Assembly (NCBI GenBank): GCA_026914245.1
Contig: CP110439.1
Span: 4,836,001 to 4,900,000, forward strand
Length of the DNA: 64,000 nucleotides
Source of the DNA: Puccinia triticina
Taxonomy: Eukaryota
Reading direction: 5' to 3'
The position numbers and the translations under genes were made by a program. Below are positions 13,063 through 25,822 of the stretch, piece after piece; position 1 is the stretch's first letter; each line of letters starts with the position of its first letter. The notes beneath the pieces were generated by a model that had not been told where the DNA came from, made no database searches, and saw nothing but the letters and a program-made list of their open reading frames with translations.

Positions 13063-16026
13063 TCAATCTTCATCTCCGCTGTCAGAATTGTTGTGGCTGC
13101 TGCTTTCGCAGTTGTCCCTGCCACTACTTTCCAAATCATCCTCTGATTCGCCTGGTTCTGAATCGCCCTTCGAACTGACATCTGATTCACCGTTGTTTTC
13201 TTGCTGCAGTTGATTTTTGAATTGGCGGCTCCAGTTCTTTACCGGTGGTGGTCGAAGTTTGTTGAGGCGTTTCCCCTTCTGCATAAAGACTGTTTTCATT
13301 TTTTTTATCCCTGTAGCGTAGAAATCATCAACTTCCTTTGGGATATGTTCGTCAAGCTTGCTGGCGACGTAGCATAGATCGTTTTGTCGACACATCTGCA
13401 AGCAGTTGTTGAGCAAAACTAGATCGAGTTGATTGTGATGAACTTGTCCAATTGTTTCCTTCGCGCAGTCTGTTATCAATGTACCTACTAAGTCTTGAAG
13501 CTACAAAGGGAAAATAGTCAGTTATTAGCAAAGAACTTGTATTTAATATGAAAAGATTAGAAAAACTTGTACCAAGGGGACAATTGGAGAATACACATCC
13601 TTCAGTCAATCGATGTTAGAGCCTCGACCAGTGTGATTGAAGAAGTGCTTTAACCAATAGTTTTGGTTTTTGAGGTACCGATCCTTTGCAACAAAATGTT
13701 TTTGTTTGCCATTTGGCGCAATAAACATTGAGTGTTTGATGAGTTTTCCGAGTCCTGGGGGTAAAACTTCGTTGAGAAGCAAGATCATTCTGGGAAGTTG
13801 GATCGAGTAGTTTGTAAGTTTCTTGATTCCTTTCAAAAGGACAGCCCAGCGCTTCCAAACATTCATGATCCGACCAATATCTCCGGCTTGCATCGCCAAG
13901 TTACCCTCAACGACGGTTGCGAAATCAGACAGTCGCAAGATCAAATTCCTTAGCTTTGGCAAGGTATGAAGTTTGGCAGCTTCCTTAGCCTCAATCAAAA
14001 AAAAACGCTTGTAAGTTTCATCAACAATTTCTTTGATCCTTGCGCTAGAAAGTTGTGGGAGCTTCTCCGTAAGATGTTTCTCCGCGATCCCCATAACAAC
14101 CCTGTGGATAGAATAAACTGGTTAAGAAAAGCAATAACCCTTTGAACAAATCAAGGAGATCGTATAAAACTTACATGAGACAATGTACTAGGCTGGCTTT
14201 CTGAATCTTCTCGATGTTTTTAATCATGCTAGTGAAATCCTTTTTGTCTAGCATTTTCTTGAAAGGTATACCTAATCCGTCCAAAATTCGCCAGGCGCCT
14301 GAGTCACGAGCATCAGAGGTATCACCGAGGTGCTTGGAGTAGATAGCCTGACCGATGTTCCACAAGGTATGCGCACCACCCAAGATTGTAACAATGTTAA
14401 GGAGACTTTCTTCTTTGTGCCTGCTTGGTATGCGTTGTGTTCGGAGAGTTGTGATATTAGTACAGGTTGCCAAATCGCCGTCCACCACTTGAACTCGAGA
14501 GGCAAAATCGGACATGGAAGCGGTTGATTGATCAACAATTGCATTGAAAACTTCACCGGCCCCTTGAGCTGAGTTATCTGAAGCAATCATTAGCTTCAGC
14601 ATTGTGATATCTGGGATCTCGGCTGATATTTGTTTGACAACTGGCGGATTTTTATTGACGGATACGTAGGAATTGGCTTGAGTGGCAAGATGGTCGAGGA
14701 GAGCTGAAGTTATTTGGCTTTTTATAACCAACTCCCACTGAACTTCCTCCTGGGGTGTTGGTAAGAACATTCAAGAGTGGACGTCAAAGCTACTTGCATT
14801 TGACATGGCCTGTTGGTAACTTTCAACCGTGAGATCGGATGCCGAGACCGACGAGACAAGCTTCGGATTTGGGTGATGGACATAGCCCCATGTGCCATGG
14901 AACATGTGACTAGAGTGGCCGACGGATCTTGTGTGTACTCTTTGTTCGAAATCAAGATTATCAAAACATAAAAAGGCCCCAAGGGATGGCGCAATTGGTT
15001 TGGCAATAGCTTGGGAGATCCGAAGGCAAGACTGGCGTCCGACAGTGTTCAGCGCAAGTTGAGCGGTCCTTCGAGAGGAAGACAAACCAATATAATTTAA
15101 AAAGACGGAGACCCAATCGGTGACCCCGCTGGCAAGGAAGGTTACAGAATTTGTTAGTTGGGGGCCGTTGTTTCTTCGGTTTTTGACAAAAGCAACCATC
15201 GCGCAGATGGTTTTGGCAACCTGTATTAATAAAAAAATAAATCAAAATCAGTCTTGAGCTGCTAGCCACAAAAAAAAAAGTAGTAAAAACTTGAAAGACT
15301 GAGGAACATACCATGTAGGCTCGTTTGTTGTGATCAAAGGGCGAGTTCATGTCAATCTCATCTGTCGGATTGACTCCATTTCCATCCAGATTGGTTGGAG
15401 GGATGGAATTGTTCTCTTCCATTGGCTCATCATCATCATTTGCTAGATGTGGATTGGTGGCCGTGCCAGGTTGAAAGCTTAGCTTGCGGTAGATTAATTG
15501 AAATAGGAAAGGCATGTGGGCTGTGACAAGTTTGTGGTCTCGAGTATGTTTGGATTCCGGCGAAAAGATATCTTCGCTAATTGACTTTGTGCTGTGGTAC
15601 GCGCCCTCCGGGTAAGCGCCACTCGGCAGTTTTTGCATCTGGACGATCTCTGTTGCCTGTTTTTGCACATATAAGTCAACAAAAAATTAGTAAGATTGAA
15701 CAATTATGATACATGGAACCTTAGAGATAGATTAAAATACATTACCTCGTCAAGTATGTATTTATCCCATTGAGCTTTCCCTTTTTTTTTTGACAAACAA
15801 AAGAGCTGAGCGTTCCGAAGAGCTCCAAAGTAGACTGCCATCCTCGCTTAGTCCTCCAATATCGACGTTTAAAAGCAATGGCAGAATTGCTGATTGTCAG
15901 AAAGGAAATCAGGAATGACTTCGGAGTATGATTCATCTCGGAGATAACGTTACAGATTGCCGTGATTTTTGAAGTTTCCGTTCGAATCCTTTTCTTGTGG
16001 TTGAACTGAATGTTTTGTCGGACCAT
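13063..16026 (-). pseudogene. AcademH transposase (DUF6589-like), multi-exon, inactivated
   Basis: Motifs FLCFDNLDF, MFHGTWGYVH, VVDGDLAT, GGAHTLWN, AGDIGR, KLTNYS, FVAKDRYLKNQN. In-frame TGA at 14771-14773 and 13606-13608, frameshift at the T-run ~15782-15791, acidic C-terminus. Confidence 0.75.
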
Positions 16027-16166
16027 GTTGAATCAGAGGAATTTTGGAGAGGTCAAGAGAAAAGGAGGACGGTGGTTGGATTTGGGATGATAAGACTCGG
16101 ATAGGACGGTGATTGGATTTCGGATGGGTTGTTTTTTGGATGATCGGAGGGACTCGCTGTATGCGT

Positions 16167-16776
16167 TGTGCTAGATGGAAAGGTTCCACTACATCAAAAA
16201 TAAAAAAATTCTCTGTTTTCTTTTATTTACATAGTATTCATCAGGAATCATGGACTATGGCGCAAGGACAGGACTTGACAGGACTAGAAGTTACATTCCA
16301 AGCTACATATACACCTCACCTCCTATTACAACCTCACGTTTACATACACAACCTAGCTGCTGGACAGCTACACATACTCATCTACACTGCATAGTATGTA
16401 CATGCATTCTAAATTAGTGGATCTTCACAACTGACAGCTGCAGGTGACATCATAGAAGTACCACATTAAATCCCTCATGTTCTGACCAATCATAGTCACT
16501 CATTCAGTTTCCCTGCAGCTAAAATCCCTCATACATGGCCTCTTTGTAGCTAAATTCCCTCACATTTGTCTATATAAGGAGCTCTCTTCCCCCCCTCAGT
16601 GGTCTTTTCCTGAGTTCATTACTCACCAATTACAGTCAACCCAACATTTACATAAACAACCTTACATACATTTAACAACCTACATACATAACAACCCTTA
16701 CAATAACAATATCAACAAATTATTCAGTGTCATCAACAAGCTCATCTTGAACCAACCAACCCTATCACTTCATTAA

Positions 16777-16809
<33 letters not shown>

Positions 16810-16898
16810 TCTGGTAGTATAGAAGGGCAGAGTTTGCACCTCCATCATCCCCTTCTCCATTCAGCAAAAGGTTTTCAGGAACACTTTTGAGTTGTACA
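16167..16898 (+). repeat. Gypsy 5' LTR
   Basis: TGTGCTAGATGG...GAGTTGTACA; near-identical to 26345-27076 (two mismatches noticed); TATATAA at ~16570. Confidence 0.95.
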
Positions 16899-17153
16899 AG
16901 GGAGTCCCCAACGTGATAGGATAATCTTGTGAATCGACAAACGTATAACCAATTTCAATCAAAACCAGAAGCATTCGTCGAAGGATTTCAACTTTGGACG
17001 GAAAAAGGAATTGAATTTATCAACAAATCTAGAATACTCAACGGCATATTCAGTTATTCTGTTGGACGACTAGTTCAATTTTAGGAACCATCTACGGGAC
17101 CGATTACAAACCTCTGAAGAGAAAGTGTAACCACCGGATCTGAAAGGAGTTTT

Positions 17154-17334
17154 TCGAAGGAAGCGGCTGATTATATACTGGAAGACGGTGTGTCGTACCA
17201 AAGGATCCGGATAATCAGATACTGTTAGTAGAAAACTCTGGAGCCAACTCGAAGGAAACAGCCGATTATATACTGAACAACGGTGTGTAGTACCTAAGGA
17301 TTTGGATAATTAGGATACTGTTTGAAGAATACTC
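17154..17334 (+). repeat. diverged ~85-bp direct repeat pair in the Gypsy 5' leader
   Basis: TCGAAGGAA..GATTATATACTG..ACGGTGTGT..GTACC.AAGGAT..GGATAAT..GATACTGTT occurs at ~17154-17238 and ~17249-17334. Confidence 0.7.
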
Positions 17335-17504
17335 CCATTACGGTAAAAGTTATTTATTTTTTTTGAAGTATTGAGAAGAGAACCCCCAAATTGCCCTGGT
17401 AAAGAGACCAGAGACCAGAGATATTATTGTTTCTTTTTCAGAGCACAGTAACAGTTAGCCAAGGATCGACATATTATAAAAACTAGGAATCAACACAAAA
17501 CAAC

Positions 17505-20035
17505 ATGAGTTTACCATTCAATATACCAGATTTGGAAGATGGATTTGCACCCTCGACCCCGTTCAGGAACAGACCACTAGCCGGAACTTCAGGAACGCTT
17601 TGGAACCAGGATACCCAGAATCCACCGCCACCACCTCGAAAGGACAAAGGGAAGGACCAGAAAATCAGTTCCGGACCCAAATGGAAGAAGACGTATCAGA
17701 TTCAGATGAAACCCCACAACATCAAAATATACCACCGAGACAATCCACACCTTGACAACAACAACCATCTGGGTATGGAATACACAACACGGAAAACAGA
17801 CAAGAACCAATGTTCCAGCCTCAGTTTCAACCAAAAAGAAATCAGGCTCAGGCTGGACAACAACAACCTTTACAACCAGAACCACGAAAACCAGATCAAC
17901 AAACTGGGTCAGCATATTATGAGGCTGCCTACCCACCAAGGCCGGTCATTATCAAGGACTCGGGACTTTACTATGAAGGAACTCAGTTCATGAAGTTCCT
18001 TAACAGATTTGAAAGAACAGCGAATGCATACGGGGCCATCAATCACGATAAGGCGGCTCAGATCCTGAGATTTATACAAAAGGAGGAGTTAAAATGTCAA
18101 CTTGAGGAAATGGACGGATACGACGCTTACAATTGGACAAAACTCCGAGCAGAAATGGTGAAAGCATGGGGCAACCTGGATAATACAATCATGTATACAA
18201 TCGACGACCTTGTGAAAGTAGCAAAACAACAAGCAAAGGAGGGTATCACAAATTATCGGGACTATAAGCTATATGTATCAAAGTTCACGCTAGTACTCTC
18301 CTATCTGGTAAAAAACAAACATATCAACAAGAATGACGACGCCGGAATATTATTCTTAAGCGCCTTTTCAATTGAGAGTCAACGAAGCATCAAACGTACA
18401 CTAGTCACCAAGGATCAACTACCAAAAGCCAAGGATGGAAGTAACAAGGCTCCTAAATGGGACGATTTACTGATAGCGGCAGAAACGGAAGTGCGAGTTG
18501 ACGAGGGATACACGAATCTCTCAAATTTCTCGGAAGCAAACCGTACGATGCAGAAAGACTTGGACATAAAGAAAGGAGATGGGAAGCGACGAGATCAGAT
18601 GTTAAAGGAAACACCAAACAATAAGATAGTGGAACAACGGATTCAAGACATGCAGCAAGAATTTGCAGCAATGAAACAGAAAATGCAGAGTATCTTACCA
18701 ACAACATACAACCGACAAGGTGCCACAGATAGACAAGAATTTTCTCAAGAAGCGCCACGACCATCAACACCATTATACGAAACCATGGTCTGTTATTACT
18801 GCAAAAGAGAAGGGCACGCTACGGCAAGATGCCCAGAATTTCTGAAAGACGAGGAACAAGGATTGGTGAAACAAGTGGGGAAAGATTGGTTCTTACCCAA
18901 TGGGGAACACATACCATGGATACCTTCAAGGCCAATTCGCTCGGTAGTTGCCACCTCATCAGCAAATCCTCAAATGCAGGACGCCATCAGAAGTTTGGCA
19001 GAATCTCGAAGAAATGGGAACGGGAATACTCCGCTTATGAAGTCTTCGGCGCAAACCATAGATTGGGACCCACCGTCGTTAGGAGCAGATAAATTTATGA
19101 AGAACCATGCTATTACAAGATCTGAAGGACAGAAGGGACGTCGAAGCGTTAGGATTCAAGAACCAGAGAAGGATACTATGGATATTGACCAAGAAGACGG
19201 GGAGGAAGCTCCTGCTCCAAAAGAACTACCTAGGAGGACGTCTGAGAAAGTCTGGAGTAGGGAACGAATACCGACTATCAGCACGAAGGAATCCCCAGAG
19301 GAAGCTCTAATACATGACTTGGACAATGTTAAGATTCCTACAACTTTTGCGCAACTCACTGCAATATCACCTTCTTACACAGAACAGATCATAGCAAAGT
19401 TGCAGGGACGTCTTTCGGGGAAGAATACCTCAACCACCTACATTGCAACTAAAGAAGCTAAAGTAGCGGTGCCAATGACCACCCTACCAGAGGAAGAAGG
19501 TCCGTCTGACCCATGCTACTACAGTTGCGCCCTAGGATACATAACAGCGCAAATCGGCGGGGAAAAAGTCGACTTTATGGTGGATTCCGGTTCTATGGTC
19601 AATGTCATACCCCGATCAGTAGCCGAAGATTTGGAGCTAGAATCTGTGATAGTAAACATACCCATGCAAGGTGTTGGTGGGGCCAGATGCGACATAACCG
19701 GCGTAGTCAAAAATTGCCCAATACAGATTGGCCGATTTTCTGGGCCCGCTCACCTCTTTATATCACCAAAAGCTCAAGATTGCATTTTAGGACGGCCTTT
19801 CCTTTTCGACTACGACTGCACCTTGGAATACCACGAAACGGGGGAGACTCTCACGTTTGCAGGAACCAAGGGCCGGCAAATTTCAGTACCGTTGGCTCGA
19901 ACCGGGCAAGGTCGAGGATGGGATAATCGGAAGGACCTCAGCACCAATAGCGTGAAATCGGTTCCTGCATCAGAACATGTCCAGAGCAAAGAATATCGAA
20001 TGTTCAAAAAGGCACCTAGTCAGCATTTTTTATAA
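17505..20035 (+). pseudogene. gag: Gypsy gag-protease ORF (5' part frameshifted, with a premature stop)
   Basis: CCHC knuckle CYYCKREGHATARC; aspartic protease FMVDSGS...CILGRPFL. ATG at 17505, frame change near 17680, in-frame TGA at 17753-17755. Confidence 0.88.
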
Positions 20036-23000
20036 CTACCGGCATCCAGCTAGGGAGTAACTCGCTTCAGCTAGTCAAGCGGGTTATATCTCGGACGCTG
20101 GATTTCATCGACTGGCTCAAATCATTCCTCTTAAAACACTTTGGGAAAACATCAAAACAAATAAAAATATACCTCTTTAAATTTTTTTCGCTTAAAAAGA
20201 ACATTCTTATCATTTTCCTTAAGCTATTAAAAATCTGTAACATAAAGAAGGACTCACCTACAAAACCAGATTCGGGCCCTTTCAATAAACCTAGGGGTCT
20301 TGGATTACCTCCTTCCGTCAACACCACGAGAATATTGCAAACAGACAACGACTTGCAACAGCCTATCGAATCTTTACTCTCTAATGGATTAGGGTCAACA
20401 TTTCAAGACAGACTGTGCCAAAGCTGGAAAGACGGAAACCTATGGTGTATGACAAAATATAAACCAGTTGCCAAGAAGGTTCGACCAATCAACCAACCAA
20501 TTCCGCAAACATTAAATCCTCCACTTCAGCGACCTCCACTTTCACGGGATCCATATAAAACACCACTCACGCCAAACCCTCCAGACTTCACCCCTACCTC
20601 CAGGATCACTGAAGAACAATTAAAGGTAGTTAACTTTGGGCCAGAAGGGTGGCTTTGGGAAGAAGAGTTGAAACTTTTTAAGCACCTGATTGTGATCCGG
20701 GAAAAAGCGGTCGCCTTCACGCCAGAAGAAAGAGGACTCTTGAAGCACTCGTATGGTTTACCTTATGTCATACCAGTAATCAACCACGTGCCGTGGCAGA
20801 AGAAACCCATTCCGATCCCAGCCGCCATTAAAGACGAATATGTGGAGCAAGTACGCAAACGGGTACGGAATAAACTCTATGAACAATCGACATCAAGTTA
20901 TTCCAGTCCGGTGTTTTGCGTACTCAAGCATGACGGAAAGTTAAGGATAGTTCACGACCTGCAAGAAATGAATAAGGTTACCATTAAAGATGCAGGGTTA
21001 CCACCTGCAACCGAAGAATTTGTCGAATCGTTCGCCGGTCGTGCCTGTTATGGATTGGGGGATATTATGGGTGGTCACGACGAAAGAGAATTAGCTCCAG
21101 AATCCAGACCCCTTACCACCTTTGATACTCCTTTGGGCAGATTTCAACTCACGAGACTTCCACAAGGCGCCACCAACTCGGTAGCAGTATATCAAGCACA
21201 AATGATGTGGATCCTTCAGGACGAAATACCAAAACACGCAGGAGTGTTTATCGACAATGGGGGTATTAAAGGACCAGGCACCACATACAATGACAAAGTT
21301 CTGGAAGAAAATTCAGGAATACGCCGTTTTATCTGGGAATACGCTCAAACACTGGAGCGAATATTATTTCGAATAGAAGAAGCAGGACTCACTATTTCAG
21401 GAAAGAAATTTGCATGCTGTGTACCTGCTTTGGATATTGTGGGTCACGTGGTCTGTAAAGAAGGTCGGAGGGTATCGGATCAGAAAAAGAACAAAATAAC
21501 AACATGGCCAACTCCCAACAACATTACGGAACTCCGAGGCTTCATGGGAATAGTAACTTACGTCAGGATTTTTGTAAAAAATTTGTCTGAAATTGCGGCT
21601 CCCCTTCAAAAGTTAACTCAAAAAGACATAGAATGGCTCTGGGACGAAAGCTGTGACAATTCCTTCAACCAGTTGAAAAAGATAATTGGAGAAGACATCA
21701 CCCTCAAGAATCTCGACTACTCTCCGGACGCAGGGCTGATTGTACTGGCTGTAGATTCCAGTTTCATTGCGGCTGGAGCAGTACTTTCACAACAGGAGCT
21801 TGAAACAGGACTAAACCGACCAGTATTATACGAATCAATAGTGTTTTCGCCGGTTGAGTCGAGATATTCGCAGGCGAAATTGGAACTCTGCGGTGTGGCG
21901 CGAATTTTGAAGAAATTACAGACACTTCTATGGGGCCAACACTTTGAACTCCAGGTAGACGCACAGTCCCTAATTCAGATGATCAACTCACCTTCGCTCC
22001 CAAATGCACCCATGACACGATGGGTAGCATTCATCCAACTCTTTTCGTTTGAGATGGCCCACAAGCCAGGAAAAACTTTCACAATGCCGGATGCACTTTC
22101 TAGACGACCAATAAGTGATGAAGAAGAAGAATTCTATAACGACACAGAGGATTTTGATGAAGATGAACCTGTAATCAAAGTCTGCTCACAATTTAATGGG
22201 ACGTCCACCACCACAGAGGTCTTTGAATGGGAAGCCCCGGGATTCTGGACAGACTTGAAGGAATATCTCAGGACGCTTTGTAAACCTCACTCTATGAACC
22301 CAGACGAATTCCAGAAACTCAAGCGAAAATCAGCAAACTATTTTATCCAAGAAGGACGACTCATGCGCAGGCACTCACCAATGTCACAACTAGTCATCTC
22401 CAAGACATCCTACCAATGCAAAATTTTACGAATGGTACATGAAGACCTTGGGCATCGTGGTCTTGAAGAGACATATCAGCGATTAGTGTGTAGATTCTGG
22501 TGGCCTAGTTTGAAGAAAAAAGTCAAGTTATGGGTACAGAGCTGCGAACCTTGTCAAAAGAGGGACCCACTAGTTCCACGAGAAATACGGCACCCGACAG
22601 GAGAGAGCAGCTTATTTGGGCGCGTAGCTTTGGATGTCTTTCATATCAAGGCTGGACGATATAAGTACTTACTAGTGGTGCGGGATGATTTATCCGGATG
22701 GGTCAAAGCGGCTCCTCTGGTGAAACTGACAGCCGCAACCATTGGAAAATTTCTCCTTGAAGAATGGGTCTATCGGTACGGCGTAATCAAGACGGTCACG
22801 GCAGACAATGGACCAGAATTCAAGAACGAGTTTATAAAGGCAGTAGAAAAGATTGGAGCTACTTTCAAACCACCTACACCCTACTACCCTGAGGCTAACG
22901 GCATGATTGAAAGAGGCCATTGACCCATTAAGGACACCCTGATCAAGATGTGCGGAGAATCTGGTGGTAAATGGCGAGAATATCTACCATTAGTTCTTTT

Positions 23001-23601
23001 TGCAGACAGAATCTCCACCAAGCGAACAACTGGATACTCACCATACGAGCTAGTATTTGGCCAAAAAGCAGTGCTACCCGTGGATATTGAGATGGACACT
23101 TTTCTTGGGATTGATTGGACCGAAATTCATACGACGGAGGAACTCCTGGAAGCCCGGACCAAGCAACTGGAGCAACGGGAAGAGATTCTGGGAATAGCTT
23201 ATGAAAAATTGCTAAGAGCCAGGGAATCATCAGTCAGATATTGGGATCGGCGGATGGCGGCTAGGCTTAGGAGATCCTTGGATCCTGGTGAAATGGTTTT
23301 GGTTTACAACAAAAGCCTGGAGGACCAGTGGGGGAAACTTTTTGCGCACCGCTGGAATGGACCTTTTAGGATCAAGAAACAACTACCAAAAGGAGCTTAC
23401 ATATTGGAAGAACTAGACGGGACGGAACTCAAGAGGGCCTATGCAGCTTCCCATATCAAACAGTTTTATCCTAGGGGAAGGGAGCTTTCTGAAATCGAAA
23501 TCGACGAGGATCCCAATCAATCAGGTTCATCAGAAGAGCAGGAGTCAGAGGATGAGGAAGGAGAAGAGTTCTCCAGTGGTCACTCTTCTGATTCAGATTA
23601 G
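20032..23601 (+). pseudogene. pol: Gypsy pol (RT, RNase H, integrase) in the -1 frame
   Basis: Frame is open from 20020. RT LRIVHDL, RLPQG, VFIDNGG (YxDD altered); RNase H LAVDSS, ELCG, VDAQSL, PDALSR; integrase H..H..C..C, ALDVF, ADNGPEF, NGMIERGH. In-frame TGA at 22921-22923. Confidence 0.92.
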
Positions 23602-24201
23602 CCAGCAAAATTTTTAAGTTGGGGGAGGAAGACTTGCATTCATTTTTTTATTAGTCACTTCTTTTCCTCTACTACTTACCTTCCCCATTCTTAATTTTGG
23701 GATATGCATATTTTTTCAAAACCCCAGGAGGGTACACTCACTTAAAACATTCAGTCTGGGAACGTCACATTTTTCTTCAAGACCGCTCATCACGATGGAC
23801 GGGTTTTTCTCACAAGTTCGCGACGGCTGAGGACAACCGAATAAGTTGGGGGAGGGGAGGAGGATAGATTGGCATCAAGACTAAAAAGATAAATAAAACA
23901 AACTAAAACATAAGTATAACAAGATAAAAGAACAAAAAAAAATCAGTTTTTTTTAGATTTAGGCGATTTTTTCGATTTTTTTTTGGATTTAGAAGTTATC
24001 TAGCGATTTTTTTGGTGGTTTTATGATTTCAAACCCCCGAATAGGCGTCGCTCAAGGACAGCCAAGTCCATCACACCATCAGCACAGCCAAGGGAACGAA
24101 CAAGAAAACAAAAACTAAGGAAAATATATCAGCAAACAGTAAAAGAGGAAAATGAAGAAGAAAAATTGAGCTCACAGAAGCAAAGAAAGACTTGGTCGGA
24201 T

Positions 24202-25399
24202 TCTGAAACAACATCAAAGAACAGGAAAGAAAGGCAATCAGTAATAATGAAAAAAAAGAAGAAGTAGGAACAAAACACTTACCAGGAGGAGCGATCAGTA
24301 GGATGGGTTCGGACTCGAAGGCGGTGGTCGAGTTGCAGGTATTGACGGGTGACAAACTTGAAGAGGCGGACGCGTTCCATGTGTTGGAACGGATTGGAAG
24401 CCGGGCAAAGGTTGCAGTAATGAACAAAGGCGTTCATGAAGCACTGGTACATCTGGTTGAGTTCAGCAGGGCCGGTGGCGTAGACATCAAATCGGCGAGG
24501 TTCGATATTGGCAGAAAGAAGATTTCCGATTTGACGGTCGTCAAGACGGTGGTATTCATCTGGGTCATAAAGGCCGGGTGGATTGGGTGAAGCAACACGC
24601 TCAAGATTCGCGTTCGGGTAGATATGAGCTCGACCGCTAGCCGAGAAAGGTGCACTGATAGAAGAACGACAAGATCGGGACTCATCAACACTGGTGGTGT
24701 TGGAAGCTGAAGACTTGGTAACAGGCAAGGAAGCTGGAGCAGCCGGGCTGGATATGGAAAGGAGACTAGCTGCGGTACTTGGAGTGTCCAGGTCACAAGG
24801 CCGAGGAGCAGCCGGAGGCGACCAGAATCCCGGGATGATAGCTCGGTTGGACTGGAGCATCTGTGGAATAAGCAACATCAAAGGTTTCATCAGTGGCAGC
24901 ATACAAGAGAACGATCCACAAGGAAAACATACCTCATTCAAACGGTTCAGTGCAGGACTACTGACCACAAAGGGCCTGGACCCAGGCGATAACTGAGGAC
25001 GGACAGGAGAGGAATGCTGAGTTCGATAGGCCGGGGATCGATCGAGTTCAGACTCAGGGTAAGCCTGATACATTGGGGATTGAAGATGCGGGCCTCCCAA
25101 ACCGGGAGGAGTACGGGGACGAAGCGGGGTTGTTGGGGAATTAAACCCGGAAACCTCAGATGGGACGGCTGGCGAAGCATTCAGGATCGGGGTAAAGGAG
25201 CTCTCTCGAGAGGCTCCTCCATTCGGGCTGGTCGTCTAGAGAAGGAAAAAAGAATAAGTATCAAATCTAAGTACATATATATAACATAACTAGGAAGGCG
25301 CACTAAAAACGGGGAAGCAATGTTGGAAGGGCGCGAACGCAAAGCGTAGCGGACGGAGGGACGATTGGTTGGGCGATTTCGATGGGTACGACGGGTCAT
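24202..25399 (-). CDS. spliced antisense gene inside the Gypsy 3' region, predicted 325-aa unknown protein
   Basis: Coding exons 25399-25304, 25235-24933 and 24860-24283, plus the last base of a TGA at 24202. Introns 25303-25236 (GTGCGC..CTAG), 24932-24861 (GTATGT..CCACAG) and 24282-24203 (GTAAGT..TTTCAG). 5'UTR intron 25841-25752 (GTAAGT..CTGAC..CTAG). All join in frame. Confidence 0.7.
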
Positions 25400-25791
25400 G
25401 ATGAAGCTATGAGTAGGATAAAACTTGGGACTACAATGAATGAGGAGAAAACAGGCGGCAATTGGTCCACCTTTTAAAGTAAAGGAAGCAGCTACACGAG
25501 AATAAAAAGGGCTCGTAACTTTGGCACGAGAGTCAGGACGTGAATTCTCGAGGAAAAGAGGTTGCGTCCGGTTCTGACCAACCAGAAGACTTGACTCACC
25601 GATCTTCGGAACACCAAACAAGGCTAACTCATCAGCTCCAGGATCCTGACCAATGCGGTGGCAGGATCCAGGTTTACATGCAAGTGGTGGACCACGGTGG
25701 CTCGAGAATCGTACAAGGAATGATCGTTGGCTCCCCCATTTCGTCATCACACTAGAAAGAGAAGAGAAATGGAGAGTCAGCTGTCAAACAT

Positions 25792-25822
<31 letters not shown>

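Larger units (their letters stand above)
6578..13178 (+). pseudogene. RecQ-like SF2 helicase of AcademH, split by a Tc1-type insertion (6624-10784)
   Basis: Removing the insertion plus one TA joins MPPTKEKSSKAWLAN-RWTRMGDNEL in frame. Motifs: AGTGCGKS, LNPLDAL, IVVDEAH, LSAT, CTMALGLGQN, QMIGRCG, Zn-like CKCSNC. Frameshift/deletion near 11480, in-frame TGA at 11499-11501, intron ~12062-12130. Confidence 0.85.
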
